Origin: Candidatus Aminicenantes bacterium
GTDB taxonomy: Bacteria > Acidobacteriota > Aminicenantia > Aminicenantales > JAFGBC01
Reading direction: 5' to 3'
Assembly: GCA_963702005.1 (NCBI GenBank)
Contig: OY969696.1
Location: 2,432,001 to 2,496,000, forward strand
Length of the DNA stretch: 64,000 bases
Part shown: piece by piece, positions 36,810 through 46,063 of the stretch
How the letters are laid out: each line of letters begins with the position of its first letter
How positions within the stretch are numbered: position 1 is the stretch's first letter
Translations under genes and position numbers: made by a program
The notes under the pieces: model-generated
What the model was told of the DNA's origin: nothing
What the model saw: only the letters and a program-made list of their open reading frames with translations
Database searches by the model: none

Positions 36810-37595
36810 TCACAGGCCGGGATCCATCAGCCGACGGCCCCTTCCGACGGACGCGGATGTCCGGATGGCTTGGCGGGTGAGCCGGGTGGCCCGGCGGCAG
36901 GCGGACGCCAGCGAGAGACCTTGAGCCATCTCGGCCAGAACGGCGGAGGACAAATAGCAGCCGGTTCCGTGGACGGGACGAGCGACCCGCGGCGAATCGA
37001 TCAAGAGCGTTTTCGCGCCGTCGAATAACACGTTGACGGGACGGTCTTTGAGGTGGCCGCCCTTGATGAGGCACGGGGCGAGGATCCCCTCGGCCAGTCG
37101 GCGCGCGGCGGCCTCCATATCTTCCACGGTAGCGATCTTGAGGCCGCTGAGCAGAGAAGCTTCTTCGAGGTTAGGCGTCAGGAGCGACAGCCTCCCCTTG
37201 ACGGCGGGCAGGAAGGCCCGGAGGGAGCCCCGGTCCAGGAGCCAGGCGCCCGAGCTGGACCTCAGAACGGGATCGACGACCCTGGGGAGTCCGGATGCCG
37301 CGGCAAGAATCCGCGCCGCCGCCTTGAGGTTCGCGCCCGATCCCAGCATGCCGACCTTGACGCCCGCGACGGAAACGTCCCGTGCCAGCGTCCGATACTG
37401 AGACAGGATGAGGGGGGCGGGCAGCGGCCGGACCGCGAAGACCTTCCGGGTGTCCTGGACGGTCAAGGCGGTCAGGACGGCCATGCCGCGAAATCCCAGG
37501 GATCGGAAGACAGCCAAATCGAGGAGGACGCCGGCACCGGCCGAGGGATCGAACCCGGCGACCGACACGAGGACTCCCTTGCGACGCATGGTCAT
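36810..37595 (-). CDS. thiD: Hydroxymethylpyrimidine/phosphomethylpyrimidine kinase
   Basis: AGFDPSAGAG, TALTVQD, VKVGML, VVDPVLRSSSG, LTPNLEEA, IKGGH, HGTGC. Confidence 0.88.
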   Translation of the reverse strand: MTMRRKGVLVSVAGFDPSAGAGVLLDLAVFRSLGFRGMAVLTALTVQDTRKVFAVRPLPAPLILSQYRTLARDVSVAGVKVGMLGSGANLKAAARILAAASGLPRVVDPVLRSSSGAWLLDRGSLRAFLPAVKGRLSLLTPNLEEASLLSGLKIATVEDMEAAARRLAEGILAPCLIKGGHLKDRPVNVLFDGAKTLLIDSPRVARPVHGTGCYLSSAVLAEMAQGLSLASACRRATRLTRQAIRTSASVGRGRRLMDPGL

Positions 37596-37665
37596 TTAAA
37601 CAGGAATGCTTTGCCATTATAGCTCGAGACCGAGGTGCCGGACAATGTGTGCTACAATAAAAACG

Positions 37666-37947
37666 ATGAGGGCCAGAGTCCATGTCTTGGTGTCCGGGCG
37701 CGTCCAGGGCGTCTTCTTCCGGGGTTATGCCGAGCGGTGGGGCTCCTCGCTCGGGCTGACGGGATGGGTCCGAAATCTCTGGGACCGTCGGATCGAAATC
37801 GTGGCCGAGGGGGAGAAGCCCGGGCTGGAACAGCTTCTCGATCGCCTCCGGATTGGCCCGCCTTCGGCCCGCGTCGAGGGCCTCGAGGTCCACTGGGAGG
37901 AGCCGCGCGACGAGTTCTCGGACTTCCGGATCGTCCATTCGCATTAG
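37666..37947 (+). CDS. acyP: Acylphosphatase
   Basis: VSGRVQGVFFR, LTGWVRN, GPPSARV. Confidence 0.93.
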   Translation: MRARVHVLVSGRVQGVFFRGYAERWGSSLGLTGWVRNLWDRRIEIVAEGEKPGLEQLLDRLRIGPPSARVEGLEVHWEEPRDEFSDFRIVHSH

Positions 37948-38216
37948 CGAGCGGGACCCCTTCCGGCCTTGGCTTTATTCCGGCATTCCTGGGAGCAAAA
38001 GAAGCATTCCCGGCCGTCGACGACGTCTCGGATGGCCTCCTCGCGGGGGAGGAAGGTCCCGCAGACATCGTCCTTGACCAGGGTCCCGAGTCCGGAGGGA
38101 GGGGAGCGGGGAGGTTCCTTGCGAGATCCGGACCCGACCAGTCCTTGAACGGCCGAATAGATGATATAGGCGAGGATCCCGTAGATGAGAAGCCTGAGAA
38201 TCCCTGCCAGGAACAT
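37944..38216 (-). CDS. Small membrane-anchored YHS/TRASH-domain protein
   Basis: N-terminal TM helix; DDVCGTF...FFCSQECR. Confidence 0.8.
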   Translation of the reverse strand: MFLAGILRLLIYGILAYIIYSAVQGLVGSGSRKEPPRSPPSGLGTLVKDDVCGTFLPREEAIRDVVDGRECFFCSQECRNKAKAGRGPAR

Positions 38217-38354
38217 AGCATGACTTTAGACGAGGGGGCGCCCTCTGTCAACGGCCCGGAGGCGGCTGACCCGAGGACTTGATTCGCATCGGGGTTGCCG
38301 GTAAGATGACAACGCCGGGCCGAGCGCCGGTATCTTGGACGAAAGGACAGACCC

Positions 38355-39326
38355 ATGAAGCTCGATGCCTTATACCGGGACGCCGTCCGGATCGGCATCG
38401 CTAACGACCCCCGCGGCAAGGAGGAGATCGACCGCCTCCTGCGCGAGGAGAGAGAGCGGGCCGAGAAGATGAAGCCGGAGGAGAAGGAGGTCTACGACGA
38501 CGACCGCTTGTTCAATCCTTTCGCCGACACCCGGATTCTGTTCGGCGAGCCGGGGATGGTCGTCCGGCGCGCACTGGTTGGGGTCGACATGGAAGTTCCC
38601 GAGATCCTGCTCGCCTATCTCCTCAACAGGGACAAAAGCAGGAAGATCGACCTCGTCATCGCCCATCATCCCGAAGGTCAGGCCCTGGCCCGGCTCCACG
38701 AAGTCATGCGGCTTCAGGCTGATATCCTGGCGGCCAGCGGCGTCACGATCTCGATCGCCGAACATCTCCTCGACAAGCGCATCGGCGAAGTTGAGCGGCG
38801 GCTCCTGCCCCTCAACCACGACAGGGCCGTTTCGGCGGCCCGGGCCCTGGGGCTGCCCCTCATCTGCATTCACACCCCGGCCGACAACTGCGTCACCCAC
38901 CATCTCCAGAAGCGCATCGACAAAGACAAGCCCCACCGGCTCAAGGACCTGCTTAAACTCTTTCTTGACATTCCAGAGTACAAGGCTTCGGCCCGGCGCC
39001 AAGTCGCGCCCCGGATCGTTAACGGCGCGGACTCCAACAGGTGCGGCCGGGTCCTCGTCGACATGACGGGCGGGACGGAAGGGGCCAAAGAGCTCCTCGA
39101 CAAATGCGCGGCCGCCGGGACGAGCACGCTCGTCGGCATGCATTTCAGCGAGGAATACCTCGAGCAGGCCAAGAAGGCCAACATCAACATGGTCATTGCC
39201 GGGCATATCGCCAGCGACGCCCTCGGCCTCAATCTCCTCCTCGACGAGATCGAACGGAAAGAACCGCTCGACATCATGGGGATCTCGGGATTCGAACGGG
39301 TGCGGAGAGGGGCGAAGAAAGGCTGA
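38355..39326 (+). CDS. NIF3 (NGG1p-interacting factor 3)-like metal-binding protein
   Basis: NPFADTRIL, IAHHPEG, HTPADN, DMTGGTEG, VGMH, AGHIASD. Confidence 0.75.
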   Translation: MKLDALYRDAVRIGIANDPRGKEEIDRLLREERERAEKMKPEEKEVYDDDRLFNPFADTRILFGEPGMVVRRALVGVDMEVPEILLAYLLNRDKSRKIDLVIAHHPEGQALARLHEVMRLQADILAASGVTISIAEHLLDKRIGEVERRLLPLNHDRAVSAARALGLPLICIHTPADNCVTHHLQKRIDKDKPHRLKDLLKLFLDIPEYKASARRQVAPRIVNGADSNRCGRVLVDMTGGTEGAKELLDKCAAAGTSTLVGMHFSEEYLEQAKKANINMVIAGHIASDALGLNLLLDEIERKEPLDIMGISGFERVRRGAKKG

Positions 39327-39830
39327 TCAGGCCTGCTGGCGGGCCTTGGTCTGAACGAGACGGGCGAAGCTGCGGGCCTCCTCCAGGTCATGCCGGTCGG
39401 GATGGGTGCTGGCTGAGGGGGCCATGTCCGTCCATTCGGCGTGCTCGGGGGACCGCTCCAAGAATTCGATGGCTTTCAGGGAAAGCTTCCCGCGGCAGGA
39501 ATAAGTCCCCAGGACCTTGGCCCGGGAGGCCAGGACGACGGCGTACTCGACGGCTTCGCGGGCCAAGCGGTGTCCGTGGAGGGAGCCGTGGGTCGAGAAG
39601 ATGGCGATCTTCTTGCCGGCCGGGATCCTTTTCAAAAACAATTCGGCCTTGTAAGGAACGCTGTGGGCGTGGATGGGAAAGCCGACGAAGATAAGACCGT
39701 AATCGTCGATCTCTTGGACTTCGTCGATGGAACGAAGGTCTTTTTCGCCTTGGACCGCCTCGAAGATGGCTTCGGCCAGCTTTTGGGTGTTGCCCGTGGC
39801 GCTGAGGTAGGCGACGAGGGTTTTAGACAT
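39327..39830 (-). CDS. Flavodoxin-family protein
   Basis: MSKTLVAYLSATGNTQKLAEAI, IFVGFP, FSTHG, HPD; start at ATG 39830, inside the longer ORF. Confidence 0.85.
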   Translation of the reverse strand: MSKTLVAYLSATGNTQKLAEAIFEAVQGEKDLRSIDEVQEIDDYGLIFVGFPIHAHSVPYKAELFLKRIPAGKKIAIFSTHGSLHGHRLAREAVEYAVVLASRAKVLGTYSCRGKLSLKAIEFLERSPEHAEWTDMAPSASTHPDRHDLEEARSFARLVQTKARQQA

Positions 39831-39841
39831 CGGGACGTTTT

Positions 39842-40744
39842 TCAGAACATGAAGCGGAGGCCGATCTTGAGGCTGAAGCCGCTGAAGTCGAACTCGCCTT
39901 GGCGGACGTTCCGGTAAAGAGTCCCCTCGGGGCGCTCGGTCCGGCCGGCCAGGAGCTGGGTCGCCAGGTCCGAGCCGAATTCGTCGCTCTCGAAGAAATA
40001 AAGGGAGTATTTTCCGCTTGCGGTCTTGCCGGTGTGGTCGCTGTAGATATAAGATCCCTTGAATCCCGACATCCGGGTCCAATCCTTCTCGGCCTCGATG
40101 CCGACGGCCAGGAAGGGGAGAACCAGGTATTCCGCGGCCAAGGTCCCGTAGCTCCCCAGGGATTCCGAGCGGTAGGTCGTGGCTCTTTTGAACCAGTAGC
40201 GATAATCCGTCTTGGAGCTCTTGAAGATCGCCTCATAGTTCTCCTCGACGCGGTAGCGGGCGAAAACGATGTGGCGGCCGTAGCCGGCCACGACCCGGAG
40301 GTTATTCCAGACGGGCAGCGTGAAGCTCAGCCCGATGCGGAGCGGGATCGCCTTGACGTCGTTGAGAAGATAGTCGCTTTCGGTATGGGTCGCGCCCGTA
40401 TTCTGGAATTGAACCGTGCCGGCGCTGGCCCCGGAGACCGTCGTGCCGGCCAAGTCGAGAGCCAGGCCGGCGAACAGGGGAAAACGGACTTCGACCTCCC
40501 AAGACGAGCCGAGCGGGGGCGGCTGGAAGGATCCTTGAAGGGTTCCTCCGTATTTCGTCCCGAAAGCCGTCCAGAGAGCGTTGTAGGATTGGAGCCAGGT
40601 CTGGAGATCGCTCTCGGCGGCGGAATATGTCCTCAGGTTCAGTCGGAGGCTGACCCTCTCGGCCCGCAGCGGGGTCAGGACCGCCAGGACCAGAAGGCCG
40701 AGCGCCGCGGCCATCCGCAGGCTTAGGCGTCGATCGCATTCCAT
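39842..40744 (-). CDS. Hypothetical outer-membrane beta-barrel protein
   Basis: Signal peptide, amphipathic strands, C-terminal LKIGLRFMF (terminal Phe). Confidence 0.6.
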   Translation of the reverse strand: MECDRRLSLRMAAALGLLVLAVLTPLRAERVSLRLNLRTYSAAESDLQTWLQSYNALWTAFGTKYGGTLQGSFQPPPLGSSWEVEVRFPLFAGLALDLAGTTVSGASAGTVQFQNTGATHTESDYLLNDVKAIPLRIGLSFTLPVWNNLRVVAGYGRHIVFARYRVEENYEAIFKSSKTDYRYWFKRATTYRSESLGSYGTLAAEYLVLPFLAVGIEAEKDWTRMSGFKGSYIYSDHTGKTASGKYSLYFFESDEFGSDLATQLLAGRTERPEGTLYRNVRQGEFDFSGFSLKIGLRFMF

Positions 40745-40783
40745 GTTTCTATTCTTCCATAAACGGATGGAAATTTCTATAGC

Positions 40784-43700
40784 TCAGTCCGAAAAGCCGG
40801 GGAGGCGCATGACGATTCGCGTCCCTCTCCCGAGTTCGCTCCAGGCCTCGATCGTCCCACCCTGATCCTCGACGATTTTTTTAGCCAGAGGAAGTCCCAG
40901 GCCCGTTCCGGTCTCTTTCGTCGAGAAATAGGGCTCGAAGATGCGCTCGAGGACGTCGGCGGCCATCCCGATTCCGTTGTCCTCGACCCGGACTTCGATC
41001 ATTGGGCCGACCCGGACGAGGTTGACGGTGATGGCCCCCTGCCCGGGGATGGCTTCGATGGCGTTGATGAGGATATTTCTCAGGGCCAGCTTGAAGCGAA
41101 CCCGGTCTCCCCGGCAGATGAAGCCGCCGCCCCGGACCTCTTCCCGGATGGTGATGCGGTCGGGCAGAATATCGGCGTAGGGCTTGATCGTTTCCCCAAC
41201 GGCTTCCAGGACATCGAAGGGCTCCTGGCGGACCAGGGCTTGCTTGGACGACTCGAGGAAGTCGCGCGCGATCCGGCGCAGGTTTTCGACCTCGCTCGTA
41301 ATATAGGACACGGATTCGCGCAGGGCTTTTTCGAAGTCGGGGTTCTTGTCCTCGAAGACGCGGAGGAGGTGTTCGGCCGAGAGCTGGATCGGTGTCAAGG
41401 GATTTTTAACTTCATGGGCGACCTTGCGGGCCATCTCGGCCCAAGCAGCCTGCTTGCTCATCTCGGCCAGCTCGGCTTCATGGCTCTTCAGGCTCTGGAC
41501 CATGGTGTTGAAGCCGTCGATGAGAGTTTTCATCTCGTCCCGCGAGGCGTGATCGATCCGGACCTCGAGGTTGCCCAGCCCGACCTGGCGGGTTCCGTCC
41601 AAGAGCTTCCGGACGGGGGCCACGATCATCCGGCCCACGGTCCGGGCGAAGACCAACGCCAGGGCCGTGAAGAAAACCGTAATAAAGAACAGAGATTCTA
41701 TGAAATCGCGGGTCGCCCGGGCGACTTCCTGGCGTTCGAAGGGAAAGGGCAGCGAAATGAACAGGAGCGAATCGCGAAAAGGATAGGGGATGGTCAGGTT
41801 CTGGAAGGAATAGGTCCCGATCTTTTGCCTGAGGGTCGCGACCGGAGCTCGTTCGTAGGACAGGGCGTAGGCCACATCCCCGTCCATCAGGTCCGGCAGG
41901 AGTCCGGCATCGAAGAACTCTCGACGGCTCGAGGCCAGGAATCGGCCGTCCCGATACAGGGTGATATCGTTACCGATCGTGGCGCCGATCCAATAGACCA
42001 TATCCTCGGGCAGGGCTTCGGCCCCGGTTTCCTCGTCCGGCCGGAGGGAAAGAAAATCTTCCATGATGCTCCGGGCCGTATGAGCGTAGGTCTCGGCCTT
42101 GGAGATATAGGACTGAGTGAAGATCCTGTCGAAGAAGCCTCTCGTAAAGAGGCTGACCAGGAGGAGCGGCACGAAAGCGATAGCGGCGAAGGAAGCGAAG
42201 ACGCGGGTCGAGAAAGAGCGAAGCGGATTCCGGGGACGCAGCCAGCCCAGGCCGAGGGCGACCGCCAGCGCGGCCAAGGCCGTCAGGCCCGCCGACAGCA
42301 AAAAAAGGCGCATGAAAGCGACGACCAGGGAGACGAATCCCCGCCGGGGGAGGCAGAGGGCGTAGATGCGGTCCTCATGGAGAAAGACGTGGGCATCGTA
42401 GGTCCGGCTCCGGTCGGCCAGAACGGTCCAGCGGGCCGGACCGCCCTCCGCCAGCGCGCCCAGGACGCGTTCCGGCAGCCCCGAGGACAGACGGTGGGGA
42501 TTGAACAGGACGCGGCCGTCTCGGTCGAACACGACGACGGCGAACTCGGTGACCCCGAGCGACGGCAGGGGATTGAGGCGCAGGAGCTCGAAATAGGGAT
42601 TGGCCGAGTAGAGGAAGGGGAGGAGTTCGTCGTCGAGAAGTACGATGACCATGATCCGTCCCAAGTTGGTCTCGCCCTCAAACCAGTCTCGGTAGCCGAT
42701 CAGGAACTCCTTGGCCTTTCCGAAGAAAGGAACCTTGTGCCGGACGACCGTCCAGGACGGGCTGACGGGCAAGGGGAGGTCCCGTCCCGGGATGATGGGG
42801 ATGTTCAGAGAAAAAGACGACAGGCTCTCTCCGTCCGGGCCGAGGATCTCAACCCCGGAATACCAATTGAACCGGGCCAGAAGAGTCCTCTCCCAGAGGG
42901 TATGGGCGAAGTCGGGAATCTCGGGCCTGCCGAGAAAGGCCTGGATGTCCCTCTGCCTGCGGTCCAGCTCGGGCAGGGATTCCCGAGTGAAGAAGGCCGC
43001 CCATTGCTCTTGGGTCACAATGACATCCTTGACCAGGCCTTCCATCAGGCTTCGGTCCCTGCTCCGTGATTCTTTGGCCAGGACGGCGAAAAGGAAGGCG
43101 CTGATCACGACCAGACCTCCGGCCAGGACATCCGTCCGGCCCAGGAGACCGGGCTTCCAGCCGAAGACGAGGATGAGCACCGTCAGAGCGGCTTGGAGGA
43201 CGGCGCCGCTCAAGGGAAGGGCTGCGACTTTGACGCCGAGGATGATGGCGGGGAGGGGGATGACCAGGATCGTGATGAGGAGGGGTAGCCAGCCCTTGGC
43301 GCGGCGGGCGATGAACCGGATCAGGGAGACGGCGACTAAGACTATGCTCATCATGAAAAGCCAGAGTGCCGCATGAAGAAGAAGAAACTCGGGTCGGAAG
43401 GAAAATTCGAGGAGGTCGAGGTTGGAATGGAAAATAATAAGGGAGAGAACCTTACGCCCCAGGACGAGGAGTCCCCAGGTTATGGCCGCCGCGATAAAAG
43501 ATAGAAATACGGCCAGTCCGGGGCTGAGCGTCTGACGGGGATGAGCCTTGGGCCGAAGGATAAATATACCGCACCCGACGACTGCGAATAAAGCGAACGC
43601 GGTCAAGAAGATATCGGCCGGCGACCTGGTCAGCGATCCCAGCGAGGACAAGCCGGCCAGGGACGGCGAGAAAAGAGGCGCGTTCCGGAAGGCGTTCAAG

Positions 43701-44641
43701 CCTCCCAGAACGGTCAAAGTCAGCCTTCCGGCCGTCAGGGTTAGAATGGCGGCCGAACCGCGGGCGAGGCTCCTGTCCCGGAGGAAGGCCGGCGCGAGAA
43801 CGAGGGCGAAAAACAGGCTGACTAGGGAGGCGAGAAGGAAAAAGGCCGATATCCGGGCGAGACGTTCCTGGAGGAGAGCGGAGCTCCCGGCCGGCGAGGG
43901 CGAAGTCAGCGTCACCGTGGCCACGATCCGGCGCTGTTCATTCCGCAGGGGCATGGACAGGGTTTGGACCTCGCTGTCGGGCCGCGGTCGTCCGACGTAA
44001 GAGTCCTGGTTTCGGGCGAAGACGGTCTCAAAGCCCGAAACATCTTCACGGAAGTCCCAGGTGTCGATATCGCAATTTCTGAGGAGCCGGGGCTCGAGAA
44101 ACTGATAATCGTGGAGATAGGACGTTTTGAACTGTGGCAGGAATGCTATCAATCGGAAAAAAACGATACAGGTATCCGCGGTCAGGTCACGGCGCAAAAC
44201 GAGATAGGATGAAGCCTTGTGGACGACGAGCCAAGAAGCTCCCGATTCGGCCAGAAGGACACGTTCCCCGGGAGCCTCGCCCGCGGCCGCGACGTCGAAA
44301 ACGCGCCCTCGCCAGACGAGAAGTTCTCCCGACGGCCGGTAGGCGGCTACGCCCTCGAGGTCGGGCAGGAGCCGGATCCGCCGGAGGAGGTCATGCAGCC
44401 GTTCCGGATCCCTAGGGTAGGGGGGAGGAGGGAGTTGGTCCGGCTTCTTCATGAGCCCGGAGAGGACGCTCGCGAATTCGGACCGGATGGCCTCGGCTTG
44501 GGATCTGAGGTCCCGGAGGCGTTTTTCGGCGTCGGGGACGAAGGGACGGAGCGTCCGAATCCGGGAAAGGCCCAAAAAAACGAGGCAGACGACGAGGGCG
44601 GCTATAGAGCCGACCCAGAGCCCTTTTCGGACGGAACGCAT
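40784..44641 (-). CDS. Large multi-TM sensor histidine kinase with HAMP domain (NtrY-like core)
   Basis: AWAEMARKVAHEVKNPLTPIQL (H-box), NILINA, DNGIG, FEPYFSTK, GTGLGL. Confidence 0.92.
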   Translation of the reverse strand: MRSVRKGLWVGSIAALVVCLVFLGLSRIRTLRPFVPDAEKRLRDLRSQAEAIRSEFASVLSGLMKKPDQLPPPPYPRDPERLHDLLRRIRLLPDLEGVAAYRPSGELLVWRGRVFDVAAAGEAPGERVLLAESGASWLVVHKASSYLVLRRDLTADTCIVFFRLIAFLPQFKTSYLHDYQFLEPRLLRNCDIDTWDFREDVSGFETVFARNQDSYVGRPRPDSEVQTLSMPLRNEQRRIVATVTLTSPSPAGSSALLQERLARISAFFLLASLVSLFFALVLAPAFLRDRSLARGSAAILTLTAGRLTLTVLGGLNAFRNAPLFSPSLAGLSSLGSLTRSPADIFLTAFALFAVVGCGIFILRPKAHPRQTLSPGLAVFLSFIAAAITWGLLVLGRKVLSLIIFHSNLDLLEFSFRPEFLLLHAALWLFMMSIVLVAVSLIRFIARRAKGWLPLLITILVIPLPAIILGVKVAALPLSGAVLQAALTVLILVFGWKPGLLGRTDVLAGGLVVISAFLFAVLAKESRSRDRSLMEGLVKDVIVTQEQWAAFFTRESLPELDRRQRDIQAFLGRPEIPDFAHTLWERTLLARFNWYSGVEILGPDGESLSSFSLNIPIIPGRDLPLPVSPSWTVVRHKVPFFGKAKEFLIGYRDWFEGETNLGRIMVIVLLDDELLPFLYSANPYFELLRLNPLPSLGVTEFAVVVFDRDGRVLFNPHRLSSGLPERVLGALAEGGPARWTVLADRSRTYDAHVFLHEDRIYALCLPRRGFVSLVVAFMRLFLLSAGLTALAALAVALGLGWLRPRNPLRSFSTRVFASFAAIAFVPLLLVSLFTRGFFDRIFTQSYISKAETYAHTARSIMEDFLSLRPDEETGAEALPEDMVYWIGATIGNDITLYRDGRFLASSRREFFDAGLLPDLMDGDVAYALSYERAPVATLRQKIGTYSFQNLTIPYPFRDSLLFISLPFPFERQEVARATRDFIESLFFITVFFTALALVFARTVGRMIVAPVRKLLDGTRQVGLGNLEVRIDHASRDEMKTLIDGFNTMVQSLKSHEAELAEMSKQAAWAEMARKVAHEVKNPLTPIQLSAEHLLRVFEDKNPDFEKALRESVSYITSEVENLRRIARDFLESSKQALVRQEPFDVLEAVGETIKPYADILPDRITIREEVRGGGFICRGDRVRFKLALRNILINAIEAIPGQGAITVNLVRVGPMIEVRVEDNGIGMAADVLERIFEPYFSTKETGTGLGLPLAKKIVEDQGGTIEAWSELGRGTRIVMRLPGFSD

Positions 44642-44650
44642 CTTTCGGCC

Positions 44651-45109
44651 TCAGATCAAAACGGCCTTGATGGCCGCTATCTTCCATTGGGGCGGGGATT
44701 CGGGCGGCCGGGACGAACGGACGTTCCCCTCGGCCGGGAAAGCGGCTTTAAAATAGAAAAAAACCCGGAAGACGTAGAGGTTGCGGTTGCGGCGGTCCCG
44801 GAACGACCAGCGGGCCTTGAGGATGAACCCGAACCGGGGGCCCCAAGAGCCCGGCTCCTTCTCGGGGAAAAATTCGAGCGTCTCGAAGGCGGAGAAGATA
44901 TCTCCGAACAGGAAGGCCGTCTGCTCGGTCGTCAGCTGATCGGAAAAAGAAATGGGCGCGGGGAGGGCGACCAGAACTCGGCCGTCGGGAACCAAGCAGC
45001 CGCGGAAGAGTTTGGGGCTGTTCTGGAGGAAGGCTTTTTCGACGTTTTTGGCCGCAGGGGTCGGGAAAGCTAAAATGAAGGTCAGCCAGGCAACGCTCAG
45101 ATGGAACAC
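44651..45109 (-). CDS. Hypothetical exported protein
   Basis: GTG start next to the upstream stop codon; signal-like N-terminus; no recognised motif. Confidence 0.55.
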   Translation of the reverse strand: MFHLSVAWLTFILAFPTPAAKNVEKAFLQNSPKLFRGCLVPDGRVLVALPAPISFSDQLTTEQTAFLFGDIFSAFETLEFFPEKEPGSWGPRFGFILKARWSFRDRRNRNLYVFRVFFYFKAAFPAEGNVRSSRPPESPPQWKIAAIKAVLI

Positions 45110-45110
45110 G

Positions 45111-45506
45111 TTAGCCGGACTTCTTGGTCTGGGAGATCTCCTCGGAGACGATGGTCTTCAGCTCTTCCTTGATCTTATCGATCTTTTCGAGCTTGCTGAT
45201 GATCTTGGCGAAGAGGACGTCCTGGCTCCGGATGCCCTGCTCGATCAGAAAAGCGGCGCTCTCGGAACGGCTTTTAAAGAGTCCGGCGTCGACCAACATG
45301 TTCAGCTTTCTGTTGCAGTCGTCGTTGACGCGGATGGTCAGGACCGTGTTGCGGGAGGCCAGAGCTTTGTCCGCCGCCCTTTTTATCGATTCCGCCGTCC
45401 TAGCGGCGAGATTCTCGACCTGGCTGCCCAGGTCGTCAAGCTTGCTCTGGAGTTTCTTTTCTCTTGTTTCCTGTCCCGGGTTGTCATTGGAATGTTCTCT
45501 ATCCAT
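45111..45506 (-). CDS. Ribbon-helix-helix (CopG/Arc-like) regulator with flanking helical segments
   Basis: LTIRVNDDCNRKLNMLVDAGLFKSRSESAAFLIEQGI; SD GGAGGTG. Confidence 0.7.
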   Translation of the reverse strand: MDREHSNDNPGQETREKKLQSKLDDLGSQVENLAARTAESIKRAADKALASRNTVLTIRVNDDCNRKLNMLVDAGLFKSRSESAAFLIEQGIRSQDVLFAKIISKLEKIDKIKEELKTIVSEEISQTKKSG

Positions 45507-45521
45507 TCCGACACCTCCCAG

Positions 45522-45565
45522 TTGTAATATAGTTACAAATTACAATATTACAAATTTCATGTCAA
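45522..45565 (-). promoter_or_regulatory. Promoter with a TTGTAA repeat array (candidate RHH operator)
   Basis: Minus strand TTGACA-N17-TAATTT, overlapped by three direct TTGTAA units and one inverted unit. Confidence 0.6.
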
Positions 45566-45660
45566 GAGATTTTTTAGGCCCGGATAGGTGACCGGAATTG
45601 ATATCCGGGATAGAATGACTAAGAAAAAATCGGGCGTTACCCGAATCCGGAATCTGCCCT

Positions 45661-45885
45661 TTACTTCTTCTCGGCTTCCTCTTCGAGCTTCTTCGTGCGG
45701 GCTGCGTCCCTCATCGAGCTGATCCCGGCTATCAGGGCGATCAAGCCGCCGAAAAAGAGGATGGGAGGAATGAAGCCCTGAACGACGACTTTGAACGCAT
45801 GCCGCCACTGAGGCTCAAGGACGACGAGACAGACGCCGCCGACCATCGCGATCAGGCCTCCGAGGACAGCGATGAACTTACCCAT
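45661..45885 (-). CDS. Small two-helix membrane protein
   Basis: SD AGGAGG; two hydrophobic segments and a charged tail. Confidence 0.7.
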   Translation of the reverse strand: MGKFIAVLGGLIAMVGGVCLVVLEPQWRHAFKVVVQGFIPPILFFGGLIALIAGISSMRDAARTKKLEEEAEKK

Positions 45886-46063
45886 GGTTCAAATCCCTCC
45901 TAAAATTATTTAGATATTCATTAGCCGTTGGTCGGATTATAGCAAAAGGCAAGGGGAGACGCAAGTGACCGAGGAATGAAGCGCGTCGTGATAGCCCGGC
46001 GACGCTACTTGGGATAGAATATCAATAAGGTGCCTTTTATCGTTTGAAGGAGGAGGTCGCTTC

